NCBI GenBank assembly: GCA_035949055.1
Contig: DASZIO010000037.1
Location: 44,346 to 108,345 of the forward strand
Length of the DNA: 64,000 bases
Reading direction: 5' to 3'
Source: Acidimicrobiales bacterium
Lineage (GTDB): Bacteria; Actinomycetota; Acidimicrobiia; Acidimicrobiales; RAAP-2
Each line of letters starts with the position of its first letter. The first letter of the stretch is position 1. This document shows positions 28,102-37,419 of the stretch, piece by piece. Both the position numbers and the translations under genes were made by a program. The notes beneath the pieces are model-generated. The model had not been told where the DNA came from. It made no database searches and saw nothing but the letters and a program-made list of their open reading frames with translations.

Positions 28102-29595
28102 TCACCGTTCGTCTCCAGTCGGGAAGTTCAGCCCGACGGCAGCGGCGGAAGCCCCGCCGGCCGGTTCCGGCCATCGGGTGGTCACCGACTTGAGGCGGGT
28201 ATTGAAGCGGATCCCCTCCGTCCCGTGGACGTGCGCGTCGCCGAACAGGGACTGCTTCCAACCCCCGAACGAGTAATAGGCCATGGGAACCGGGATGGCC
28301 ACGTTGATGCCTACCATCCCCACCTGGACCTCGCGGCGGAATCGGCGCGCGGCATGCCCGTCCCGGGTGAAGATGGCCGTACCGTTGCCGAACGGGTTGG
28401 CGTTGACCATGGCGATGGCCTGGTCGAGGTCTTCAACCCGCAGTACGGACAGCACAGGACCGAAGATCTCGTCGCGGTAGACCTGCATCGAGGGCGCCAC
28501 GCGGTCGACCAGACTGGGGCCGAGGAAGAACCCACGCCGGGATCCGGCGACCTCGACGAGGCGGCCGTCCACCACCAGATCGGCCCCTTCGGCTTCGGCG
28601 GAGGCCAGGTAGCCCGCCACCCGGTCGCGATGGGCCTCGGTGATCAGAGGTCCGACGTCGGAGGTGGGATCGATGCCCGGCCCCACGGTGAGCGCTGCGG
28701 CCCGCTCGCCCAAGGCGCCGACGAGTGGGTCACCGTCACCCACCGCCACCACGGCCGAGACGGCCATGCACCGCTCGCCGGCCGAACCGTATCCGGCTGC
28801 AGTGAGGGCGTCGGCGGTGGCACCCAGGTCCGCATCGGGCATCACCACGGCGTGGTTCTTGGCGCCACCGAGCGCCTGGGCGCGCTTACCCGCCGCGCTG
28901 GCCCGGTCGAATACCCGGCGGGCAACCGGCGTCGAGCCCACGAACGAGATTCCGTCGACACCGGGATGGTCGATGAGGGCATCGACGGCCACCGAGTCCC
29001 CGTGCACCACGGTGAAGACTCCCTCGGGCAGCCCGGCCTGGCGCCACAGGTCAGCGACCAGCTGCGACGGCGACGGGTCCCGCTCGGACGGCTTGAGGAT
29101 GAAACCGTTGCCGCACGCAATGGCCAGCGGGTACATCCACATGGGGACCATCACCGGGAAGTTGAACGGGGTGACGCCGACCACTACGCCGAGCGGTTGC
29201 CGCATCGAGGAAGCGTCGACGCCGGTCGAGACGTCCTCGGAGAACTCGCCCTTCAGGAGGTGGGAGAGGCCACAGGCGAACTCCACCACCTCGATACCCC
29301 GGGCCACTTCCCCGCGGGCGTCGTCGAGTACCTTCCCGTGCTCGGCGGTGACCAGGCGGGCCAGGTCGTCCCGGTGACGCTCGACCAGCTGGCGAAAGGC
29401 AAAGAGGACCTGCGTCCGCGCCGACAGCGAGGTGTTCCTCCATTCCGCCGCGGCGGCGCGCGACCCGGCCACCGCGGTGTCGACGTCCCGCTCCGAGGCC
29501 AACACCACCTCGGCGGTCTGTTCCCCGGTGGCCGGGTCGAACACCGGAGACGTCCGGGCCCCGGCCCCCTGCTCTGACTCCCCGATCCGCTTCAC
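28102..29595 (-). CDS. mmsA: CoA-acylating methylmalonate/malonate-semialdehyde dehydrogenase
   Basis: Motifs FNFPVMVPMWMYPLAIACGNGFILKPSERDP and the catalytic region SAGERCMA are present. Start is GTG 29595 (VKRIGESEQ) inside the 735-aa ORF, giving 497 aa. Confidence 0.85.
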   Translation of the reverse strand: MKRIGESEQGAGARTSPVFDPATGEQTAEVVLASERDVDTAVAGSRAAAAEWRNTSLSARTQVLFAFRQLVERHRDDLARLVTAEHGKVLDDARGEVARGIEVVEFACGLSHLLKGEFSEDVSTGVDASSMRQPLGVVVGVTPFNFPVMVPMWMYPLAIACGNGFILKPSERDPSPSQLVADLWRQAGLPEGVFTVVHGDSVAVDALIDHPGVDGISFVGSTPVARRVFDRASAAGKRAQALGGAKNHAVVMPDADLGATADALTAAGYGSAGERCMAVSAVVAVGDGDPLVGALGERAAALTVGPGIDPTSDVGPLITEAHRDRVAGYLASAEAEGADLVVDGRLVEVAGSRRGFFLGPSLVDRVAPSMQVYRDEIFGPVLSVLRVEDLDQAIAMVNANPFGNGTAIFTRDGHAARRFRREVQVGMVGINVAIPVPMAYYSFGGWKQSLFGDAHVHGTEGIRFNTRLKSVTTRWPEPAGGASAAAVGLNFPTGDER

Positions 29596-29672
29596 AATCC
29601 GACTCCTCGTGGTGGCACTGGTCCGAGTCTGGCAAACCAAGCCCGGTCCTGTCGTGCCCCGGACCGCGCCGT

Positions 29673-30794
29673 TCAGCCGAGCAAGGGGGCGAGAGGGGTA
29701 CTCGGCAGGCCGTGGGCCGCCGCCACCGGCTCGTACACCACTGAGCCCTCGACGACGTTCACCCCCTCGGCCAGAGCGGGGTCGGTCCGGGCCGCGCCTT
29801 TCCAGCCCTGGTCGGCGATCTCCTGAACATAGGGCAGCGTGGCGTTGGCCAGCGCGTGCGTTGACGAGTGGGGAACGGCACCGGGCATGTTGGACACGCA
29901 GTAGAAGAGGGAGCCGTGGACCGTGAATGTCGGATGGGAATGGGTGGTGGGTCGGGTCGACTCGAAGCAGCCGCCCTGATCCACCGAGATGTCCACCAGC
30001 ACGGACCCCGGTCGCATCCGGGCCACCAGGTCGTCGGTGACCAGCACCGGCGCTTTGGCCCCGACGACGAGGACGGCGCCGATCACGATGTCGGCGTCGA
30101 CACAGGTCTCCTCGATGGCATGGGCACTCGAGGCCACCGTTTCGAGGGCGCCGCGGAAGTGATGGTCGACCTGGCGCAGCCGCTCGAGGTTGCGGTCGAG
30201 AACGTAGACGTCGGCGTGCAGTCCGACCGCCAGGGTGGCCGCCGCCATGCCAGCCACGCCGGCGCCCAGGATGACGACCTTGGCACAGCGCACGCCGGGT
30301 ACCCCACACACCAGCACCCCTCGCCCGCCCTCGGGACGCATGAGGTGGTGCGCACCCATGAGGGGGGCCATCCGTCCGGCCACCTCACTCATCGGAGTGA
30401 GCAGTGGGAGCGACCCGTCCGCCAGCCTCACCGTCTCGTAGGCGATCGCGGTGTTGCCCGCGGTCATCAGGGCCTCGGTGCACGATCGGGACGCGGCCAG
30501 GTGGAGGTAGGTGAAGAGCACCTGACCCGTTCGCAGACCGAGCAGTCCGTATTCCTCGGGAACCGGCTCTTTGACCTTCAGCACCATGTCGGCCTGCCGC
30601 CACACCTCCTCGGCGGAGCCCACGACCGACGCCCCGGTGGCGGTGAACTCGCGGTCGCTGATCGATGAGCCGAGCCCGGCCCCGTGCTGGACCAAGACAG
30701 TGTGGCCGGTGGCAGTGAGCTCCCGCACCCCGGCCGGAGTCAGGGCCACCCGGTACTCGCTGTCCATGACCTCCCCCGGCACTCCGACGATCAT
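29673..30794 (-). CDS. ald: L-alanine dehydrogenase
   Basis: The N-terminus is MIVGVPGEVMDSEYRVALTPAGVRELTATGHTVLVQHGAG and the NAD motif is VVILGAGVAGMAA. Confidence 0.95.
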   Translation of the reverse strand: MIVGVPGEVMDSEYRVALTPAGVRELTATGHTVLVQHGAGLGSSISDREFTATGASVVGSAEEVWRQADMVLKVKEPVPEEYGLLGLRTGQVLFTYLHLAASRSCTEALMTAGNTAIAYETVRLADGSLPLLTPMSEVAGRMAPLMGAHHLMRPEGGRGVLVCGVPGVRCAKVVILGAGVAGMAAATLAVGLHADVYVLDRNLERLRQVDHHFRGALETVASSAHAIEETCVDADIVIGAVLVVGAKAPVLVTDDLVARMRPGSVLVDISVDQGGCFESTRPTTHSHPTFTVHGSLFYCVSNMPGAVPHSSTHALANATLPYVQEIADQGWKGAARTDPALAEGVNVVEGSVVYEPVAAAHGLPSTPLAPLLG

Positions 30795-30976
30795 CCCGGC
30801 ACCTCGCTTCCCGTCGTGGCCCTCCCGTCGAAGGGTGCCTCGAGGTACTCCTTCTCAGTGGACGGGTTGACCACCATGGGGCTCGACCCGTCGATCGTCC
30901 CCACGTGCGCACCGCCGACGAGGTTCGACAGCCCGGCACGGCGGGTCTCGCTCCGATCCGACCTCCGATGGGCCAC
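30791..30976 (-). CDS. 61-codon upstream ORF translationally coupled to ald
   Basis: GTG 30976 is preceded by GGGAGG with a 4-nt spacer. Its TGA stop overlaps the ald ATG as ATGA (30794-30791). No homology was recognised. Confidence 0.35.
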   Translation of the reverse strand: MAHRRSDRSETRRAGLSNLVGGAHVGTIDGSSPMVVNPSTEKEYLEAPFDGRATTGSEVPG

Positions 30977-31144
30977 AGTTCCTCCCGAACAAGCTTTTCC
31001 TCGACTTACACCTCATTTGACCACGATTTCGCTTGAATTACTGCAACGTTTCCGCTGTAACTGCTATAACGGTCGTGAGATGCACCCATCCAGGATCGGC
31101 CCGCCGGGAGGGACCCACGGTGCCCCGATCGTGGATCCGGACAG

Positions 31145-31630
31145 TTGAGCGCCACCATGCCCTCCTCCCCGCCCCTGTCCAACGGGCTCCTCGACGACGT
31201 CAACAAGGCCATCATCGAGCAGTTGCAGGTCGACGGGCGGCGGACGTACGGGGCGATCGCCCAGGCGGTCGGCCTGTCGGAGGCTGCGGTGCGCCAGCGG
31301 GTGCAGAAGCTACGCGACGCCGGCGTGATGCAGATCGTGGCCGTGACCGACCCCCTGCAGGTGGGATTCGCCAGCCAGGCCATGGTCGGCATCCGCACCG
31401 ATGGCGACGCCCGGGCCGTGGCCGACCAGCTCGCCGCGGTCGCGGACATCGACTACGTCGTCATGTGCGCCGGGTCCTTCGACATCCTGGTCGAGCTGGT
31501 GTGCGAGGACGACGACTCCATCCTCGACCTGCTCAACGGGGTCATCCGCCAGATACCAGGTGTGCGCGACACCGAGACGTTCAAGTACCTCAAGCTGACC
31601 AAGCAGACCTATACGTGGGGAACGAGATGA
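31145..31630 (+). CDS. Lrp/AsnC family transcriptional regulator (AldR-like position, divergent from ald)
   Basis: The HTH is RTYGAIAQAVGLSEAAVRQRVQKLRD, followed by a RAM/ligand domain. ATG 31157 is an alternative start. Confidence 0.85.
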   Translation: MSATMPSSPPLSNGLLDDVNKAIIEQLQVDGRRTYGAIAQAVGLSEAAVRQRVQKLRDAGVMQIVAVTDPLQVGFASQAMVGIRTDGDARAVADQLAAVADIDYVVMCAGSFDILVELVCEDDDSILDLLNGVIRQIPGVRDTETFKYLKLTKQTYTWGTR

Positions 31631-32994
31631 CCAACCCGGACGAACCGCTGCAGGTGAGCGCCCATCGCCATCTCTGGACCCATTTCACCCGGATGTCCTC
31701 CGACGTCGGGGACAGAATCCCGATCATCGTGCGGGGCGAGGGCGTATGGGTCTACGACGACAACGGCCGGCGCTACCTCGACGGGCTGTCCGGTCTGTTC
31801 ACCAGTCAGGTGGGCTACGGACGCACCGAACTGGTCGAGGCGGCGGCCAGGCAAGCCAGCCAGCTGGCCTACTTCCCCATCTGGAGCTATGCCCATCCGG
31901 CCGCCGTCGAGCTGGCCGACCGGCTGGCCGATCTCACCCCGGGCGACTGCAATCGTCTCTTCTTCACCACCGGCGGGTCCGAGGCGGTGGAGTCGGCCTG
32001 GAAGCTCGCCCGCCAGTACTTCCGAATCACCGGACAACCGGAGCGGACCAAGGTCATCAGCCGCAATATCGCCTATCACGGGGCGACCATGGGAGCGCTG
32101 TCGATCACCGGTCTCGCCGACATCAAAACCCCCTTCGAACCGCTGGTGCCGGGAGCGATCAAGGTGCCCAATACCAACCTCTACCGGGCCAGGTACTTCG
32201 CTGACGACCCGGAGGCCTTCGGCCGATGGGCGGCTGACGCCATAGAGGATGCCATCCTCATGGCCGGACCCGAGACGGTGGCCGCGGTCTTTCTCGAACC
32301 GGTCCAGAACGCCGGTGGGTGCCTCCCGCCGCCCCCCGGCTACTTCCAACGGGTGCGCGCCATCTGCGACCGCTACGGGGTGCTGCTCGTGTCCGACGAG
32401 GTGATCTGTGCCTTCGGTCGGCTCGGGCACTGGTTCGGCGCCGAGCGCTACGACTACCGGCCGGACATCATCACCATGGCCAAGGGATTGACCAGCGGCT
32501 ACTCGCCGCTCGGGGCCATGGCGGTGAGCGACCGTCTGGTCGAGCCGTTTCTCGCCGGCTCGACCTTCCTGCACGGCGTGACCTTCGCCGGCCATCCGGT
32601 GAGCGCCGCGGTGGGGCTGGCCAACATCGACGTGTTCGAGAAGGAGGGGATCCTCCAGCACGTGCAGGATAACGAGCCCGCGTTCCGGGCCTCGCTCGAA
32701 TCCCTGCGCGACCTCCCCATCGTGGGTGACGTGAGAGGCGCGGGGTACTTCTACGGGATCGAACTGGTCAAGGACAAGGACACCCGGGAGACATTCGACG
32801 ACGAGGAGGCCGAGCGCCTCTTGCGGGGCTTCCTGTCGGGCGCGCTCTACCAGGCCGGACTGATCTGCCGGGCCGACGACCGCGGCGACCCGGTCGTGCA
32901 GCTCGCTCCTCCGCTCATCTGCGGCGAGGAGGAATTCGCCATCATGACCGCCATCCTGCGATCCGTGCTGACCGAGGCGTGGAAGCAGATCTGA
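31627..32994 (+). CDS. Class III PLP aminotransferase (omega-amino acid/beta-alanine:pyruvate transaminase-like)
   Basis: Motifs FFTTGGSEAVESAWK, SDEVICAFGRLG and the Lys motif TMAKGLTSGY are present. ATG 31627 overlaps the Lrp stop as ATGA. Confidence 0.85.
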   Translation: MTNPDEPLQVSAHRHLWTHFTRMSSDVGDRIPIIVRGEGVWVYDDNGRRYLDGLSGLFTSQVGYGRTELVEAAARQASQLAYFPIWSYAHPAAVELADRLADLTPGDCNRLFFTTGGSEAVESAWKLARQYFRITGQPERTKVISRNIAYHGATMGALSITGLADIKTPFEPLVPGAIKVPNTNLYRARYFADDPEAFGRWAADAIEDAILMAGPETVAAVFLEPVQNAGGCLPPPPGYFQRVRAICDRYGVLLVSDEVICAFGRLGHWFGAERYDYRPDIITMAKGLTSGYSPLGAMAVSDRLVEPFLAGSTFLHGVTFAGHPVSAAVGLANIDVFEKEGILQHVQDNEPAFRASLESLRDLPIVGDVRGAGYFYGIELVKDKDTRETFDDEEAERLLRGFLSGALYQAGLICRADDRGDPVVQLAPPLICGEEEFAIMTAILRSVLTEAWKQI

Positions 32995-33197
32995 ACGCCG
33001 CTCGACGTCGGTACGGGCACCTCTCCCTCTGGTGGGATCTCCTGCCCGGACCGATCAAGATCCGGGAGGGGGCCCCCGGCGACACATCGGTGGACGTGGG
33101 CGTGGTGGGCGACGGCTACCAACTGGCCTGACGGGAGGCAGGGCTTTCGAACGGCCTGCAGTCAAGAGCGGTCAGCCGTCGGCGGTCGGGGGGGCTA

Positions 33198-33945
33198 TCA
33201 GCCCACCCCCAGGAACGGGGCACCGTAGGCGAAGATGCCCCCGTCCCACGACACGATCCAGTAGCCGCCGGTGGCCTGGTCGACGGCCATGCCGGCCACC
33301 GGGGCAGCCATGCGCATGGTGCCGCCGGACCCGTGGAAGACCGCGGAGCCGAAGGCGAAGACGCCCCCGTCGCTTGCCACCTCCCAGTAGCCGGCTCCGC
33401 CGGGGGCGACCCCCATGCCCACGACCGGGCTGTTGAGTGCTACGTCACCCATCGAACCGTAGAAGCCGGCATCGCCGAAGGCGAAGATGCCGCCGTCGCT
33501 CGCCGCGGCCCAGTAGCCCTGGCCGTCGGGGGTGGGGACCAGCGAGACGATCGGGCTGTTGAGCACGGTTCCGCCCATCGAACCGTAGAAGCCGGCATCG
33601 CCGAAGGCGAAGATGCCCCCGTCGCTCGCCACCTCCCAGTAGCCCTTGCCGTCGGGGGTGGCGGCCAGAGCCACCACCGGGGCGTTCAGTGGGGAACCGC
33701 CCATCGACCCGAAGAAGCCGGCGTCGCCGAACGCGAACACGCCACCGTCGCCGGCCACCTCCCAGTACCCGTTGCCGTCGGGCGTGCTGACGATGCCGTC
33801 CACGGGAGCATTGAGCGGGAACGACGCTGCCGATCCGTAGTTGCTGACCGCTCCCTGGGTGCTGACGGCACCGAGCGAGTTGGCTTCCCAGTATCCGGTC
33901 CCCTGCGGGTTGGCAGCCATGCCCACCACCTGGCCGGTGAGCGAG
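33198..33945 (-). repeat. In-frame tandem coding repeat, 126-bp period, about 5.5 units
   Basis: Unit boundaries recur at 33450, 33576 and 33702. The stretches 33450-33504 and 33576-33630 are identical except for one base. Confidence 0.8.
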
Positions 33946-34856
33946 CCGACGGACTGGAAGGCCCTTATCGGGGTGGCCGACACCTCATTGGACACGGCGG
34001 ACCGCCCCTTGAGGTTGACCGCCGCGACCCTGAAGTAATAGGCGGTGCCGACGGTCAGGTTGGGGACCACATAGGACCGCCCGGTGATCAGCGAGCTGTT
34101 GACCGGCGTCGTCCCCTCCGCACCCGGGCTGGTCCCCATGTAGAGGTCGTAGCCGGCGACAGACGAGCCGCCGTCGGAGAAGGGCACTGTCCAGCTGACC
34201 CGAGACCAGCCGTGTCCGGACGCGGCCTTCGTGGCCAGCGGGGCGGACGGGACGCTGATGCTCGGGTCCGACGCGGCGGGGTTGGCCACCACCGGTGCCG
34301 TCGTGGGCGAGGACGGAGGGGAGCTCGCCGGTACCGTCAACGGAGCGGCGGGAGACGAGCCGTTCCGCTGGTTCGGGGGACGTGTCGTGGTGGTGGTGGC
34401 GCCGGACTGGGTTACCCCTGGCGCCGTGTGCGTCCTGGCGTTGGCCCGGTTCCGCGGCGAGCGCCCGGCACCGGCCAGGACGGGCGGGAGGGTGGTCTCG
34501 GGGTCGCCGGCCGGGCCGGCGGCGGGGACCGAAGTGTGAGTGGCGGCGTGGGCCGGGTGGGCGTCTGTGGTCTCGGTGGTGGCGTCCTGCGCGGCGGCTC
34601 GCACCGGGCGGATGGGCTCACGGAAGGCCATGACGAGAGCGGTGACCAACAGCCCGGCGGCCAAGAGGGTGCCGGCCAGCATCACACGGGAACGGCGACC
34701 GGGCATGGGCGAGTCGCCGACCAGCCACAGCGACCACTGCCTCAGTCCCTCTACCCAGGTCTTCACTGCGTCGCCCCTTGGTCGACGTGCCAGCTCGATG
34801 CCGGGAACCCCGCCTGCTCTGCGTGTGCTGACTCTGTGTCTGGGCTGCGTCTGCAT
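33198..34856 (-). CDS. Membrane-anchored protein: TM, Pro/Thr-rich linker, FN3 domain, six 42-aa GYW...DGG.FAFGDA.F.GS repeats (predicted beta-propeller)
   Basis: The TM is VMLAGTLLAAGLLVTALVMAF. The FN3-like region is WSRVSWTVPFSDGGSSVAGYDLYMG...YYFRVAAVN. The repeats were read directly from the translation. The start is uncertain (ATG 34856 or 34706; the ORF is open to 35057). Confidence 0.75.
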   Translation of the reverse strand: MQTQPRHRVSTRRAGGVPGIELARRPRGDAVKTWVEGLRQWSLWLVGDSPMPGRRSRVMLAGTLLAAGLLVTALVMAFREPIRPVRAAAQDATTETTDAHPAHAATHTSVPAAGPAGDPETTLPPVLAGAGRSPRNRANARTHTAPGVTQSGATTTTTRPPNQRNGSSPAAPLTVPASSPPSSPTTAPVVANPAASDPSISVPSAPLATKAASGHGWSRVSWTVPFSDGGSSVAGYDLYMGTSPGAEGTTPVNSSLITGRSYVVPNLTVGTAYYFRVAAVNLKGRSAVSNEVSATPIRAFQSVGSLTGQVVGMAANPQGTGYWEANSLGAVSTQGAVSNYGSAASFPLNAPVDGIVSTPDGNGYWEVAGDGGVFAFGDAGFFGSMGGSPLNAPVVALAATPDGKGYWEVASDGGIFAFGDAGFYGSMGGTVLNSPIVSLVPTPDGQGYWAAASDGGIFAFGDAGFYGSMGDVALNSPVVGMGVAPGGAGYWEVASDGGVFAFGSAVFHGSGGTMRMAAPVAGMAVDQATGGYWIVSWDGGIFAYGAPFLGVG

Positions 34857-35143
34857 CTGGCTGCGTTTGCTTGCCTTTGGTTGCCCCGGCTCCCGAATCC
34901 CCGTCGGTCCCCCAAGAATCGAATCGCATTGCAGCCCGGCGGCGTCGGGACCGGGAGCTGTGGATGCCAGGAGTATAACCGTCGACATCCTCCCTAAACG
35001 ATCATTGGCCCATCGTGAGGGGCCCTTCGCGCCCGCTGCCGCCCGGCTGCCACCCAACGTGGTGCGAAGGGGCGTTCAACCAGGTCCTCGGCGCCTTTGA
35101 CGACCTCAGCCGATCGACCCTCAGCTTGAGATCGAGGTCGTCG

Positions 35144-35497
35144 TCAGACCGGCTCGACCGGGCGGTTCTCCTCGTCGACGACCACGATGTGCGGCTCGTG
35201 GCCGGCGAGCTCGTACTCCTCGAGGTCCGCGAAGGCCACGATGATGACCAGGTCGTCCACCTGGGCCAGCCGGGCGGCGGCACCGTTGAGGCAGATCTGC
35301 CCGTCCGCCGACCCTTCGATGGCATAGGTCTCGAACCGCGCGCCGTTCATGAGGTTGTACACCGAGACCTGCTCGTTGGGGAGGATGTCCGCCGCCTTCA
35401 TGAGGATGGGATCGATGGAGATCGATCCCACGTAATTGAGGTTTGCGTCGGTGACCCGGGCGCGGTGGATCTTCGCATGCATCATGCGACGGCGCAT
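35144..35497 (-). CDS. panD: Aspartate 1-decarboxylase
   Basis: The sequence reads [25 protein letters not shown], with the Gly-Ser self-processing site. It is 117 aa from ATG 35497. Confidence 0.95.
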   Translation of the reverse strand: MRRRMMHAKIHRARVTDANLNYVGSISIDPILMKAADILPNEQVSVYNLMNGARFETYAIEGSADGQICLNGAAARLAQVDDLVIIVAFADLEEYELAGHEPHIVVVDEENRPVEPV

Positions 35498-35613
35498 GGT
35501 CACTCCTTCCCGATCGTCGACCCATGAACGGGGCCTCCGGCACCACGCCCAGATTGCCATACAGCGTACTCGGCTCCGACGGCGGTCGAGGCCGCGGGAC
35601 GGCCGGGTGCGGC

Positions 35614-36264
35614 CTACTTCCGGTGGGCGGCGTACTCGACGACCCGGTCCATGACGGCAGGATGGGCCTTGGCGACCGAGCCGCAATCGAACGGCGGCTC
35701 GGGGTCGTACTCGATCATCAGCTGGGCGGCCTGGGCCGCGGTGCGGTCGACGAGGAGCTCGACGACGCGGTGGGCCATGTCGATCCCGCTCGACACGCCG
35801 GCCGAGGTGATGATGCGTCGATCGAGGTGCTCGACCACCCGACGGGCGGTCGGGAGGGCGCCGTAGCCCTCGAGCTCGGTGTAGCACGACCAGTGGGTGG
35901 TGGCGGTCAGCCCGGCCAGGAGCTCGGCCGCGCCGAGGACCAACGACCCGGTGCACACCGACGTGGTGAGTCGGCTGGTCTGGTGAGCATGGCGCACCCA
36001 CGCCAGCACCCGTTCGTCATCGACGAGCGCCCGGGTCCCGATGCCGCCGGGAAACACGATGACGTCAGGTTCGCCAACATCTTCGAAGGTGGCGTCGACG
36101 GTCACGCCGAGCATGCCGTTGTCGCCTCGCACTTCCCCGCGCCGGTGGCCGATGACGACCACGTCGATCGCGGGCACGCGCTGGAGGACCTCGTAGGGGC
36201 CGACGGCGTCGAGCGCAGTGAACCGGGGGAACACCGGGATGGCGACCTGCAGGCCCGGGCTCAT
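35614..36264 (-). CDS. DJ-1/PfpI family protein
   Basis: It has a nucleophile elbow [15 protein letters not shown] and [16 protein letters not shown]. Confidence 0.8.
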   Translation of the reverse strand: MSPGLQVAIPVFPRFTALDAVGPYEVLQRVPAIDVVVIGHRRGEVRGDNGMLGVTVDATFEDVGEPDVIVFPGGIGTRALVDDERVLAWVRHAHQTSRLTTSVCTGSLVLGAAELLAGLTATTHWSCYTELEGYGALPTARRVVEHLDRRIITSAGVSSGIDMAHRVVELLVDRTAAQAAQLMIEYDPEPPFDCGSVAKAHPAVMDRVVEYAAHRK

Positions 36265-37250
36265 GCCAACCTGCTCTCGTCGGCGAGGCGGAAGCGGCGA
36301 CGGTACGAATCAGGGGAGACGTTGAGCCGTCGATGGAACACCCGCCGTAGGGTCTCTGCCGTCCCGAACCCGCATCGTCGGGCAACGGCCTCCAACGTGA
36401 CGTCGGTGGTCTCGAGCTCGTGGCGCGCCGCCTCCAGGCGGACGCGTTCGACGAAGCGAGCCGGGGTCTCACCCACCTCCTCGCGGAACACCCGGGCGAA
36501 ATGGCGCACACTCATGGCCGCGGCAGCAGCCAAGACCGGCAATCGGTGGTCTTCGCCCGGCGCACCCTCGATCCGGCCCTGGACGACGCGGACGGCCGAC
36601 CGCTCGGCCCGTGGCACCCATACCGGGGACGCGAACTGGGTCTGCCCACCGGGACGGTGCAGGAACATGACCAGCCAGCGAGCCACCGTCTGGGCCACCT
36701 CCGACCCGTGGTCATCCTCGACCAGGGCCAGGGCCAGATCGATGCCGGCGGTGACACCGGCACTGGTCCAGACCCCGCCGTCCCGGATGTAGATCGGGTC
36801 GGGATCCACCACGAGGGCGGGGAACTCCGTCGCCAGGCGCCCGGCACTGGCCCAGTGGGTGGTGACGCGCCTCCCGTCCAGCAGGCCGGTGGCGGCGGCG
36901 AGGAAGGCCCCGGTGCACACGGTGGCCACCCGGCGGCAACCCGGGGCGGCGGCGGCGATCCAGCCCATCAGGGCCGGGTCACCACGGGCGGCCTCGACCC
37001 CGTCCCCGCCCGGGATCACCAGGGTGTCGATCCGCTCCCGGGGGTCGGGCAGGGGTTCGGTGCTCAGCCCCATGCCGCTGCCGGTGCGCAGCGCGGTTCC
37101 GCCGGCCGAGGCCAGCGTGATCAGGTATCCGCCGGGCCGGCCCAGCCCGGCCAGGACCCGGCCCGCGCCCGAGAACACCTCGAACGGCCCGACTGCGTCG
37201 AGGGGCTGAAGGCCGGGGAAGGCCACGATGACCACACGGCGCGGCTTCAT
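36261..37250 (-). CDS. GlxA-family regulator (DJ-1/PfpI-like domain fused to AraC HTH)
   Basis: The N-terminus carries AFPGLQPLDAVGPFEVF and TVCTGAFLAAATGLL. The C-terminal AraC HTH is MSVRHFARVFREEVGETPARFV. It overlaps the downstream DJ-1 gene by 4 bp. Confidence 0.8.
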   Translation of the reverse strand: MKPRRVVIVAFPGLQPLDAVGPFEVFSGAGRVLAGLGRPGGYLITLASAGGTALRTGSGMGLSTEPLPDPRERIDTLVIPGGDGVEAARGDPALMGWIAAAAPGCRRVATVCTGAFLAAATGLLDGRRVTTHWASAGRLATEFPALVVDPDPIYIRDGGVWTSAGVTAGIDLALALVEDDHGSEVAQTVARWLVMFLHRPGGQTQFASPVWVPRAERSAVRVVQGRIEGAPGEDHRLPVLAAAAAMSVRHFARVFREEVGETPARFVERVRLEAARHELETTDVTLEAVARRCGFGTAETLRRVFHRRLNVSPDSYRRRFRLADESRLA

Positions 37251-37419
37251 GGCTCCAGCCTGAACCCGACTGGGCATGGCGTCAATGACATGTATCCCAC
37301 TGATTCGGCCAGAGACGTCGACCGGCCTTCCCTACCCTGGTGCCATCGGTCCGGCTTCCGGACACGGACGCGCCACCGAGAATCGCGAGCGTGAGAAACG
37401 GCCGAGGAAGGGGTGAGCC

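Noticed and set aside
27289-29577. 762-aa ORF on the plus strand
   Set aside because: It is antisense to the alpha/beta hydrolase and mmsA genes. It is a shadow ORF.
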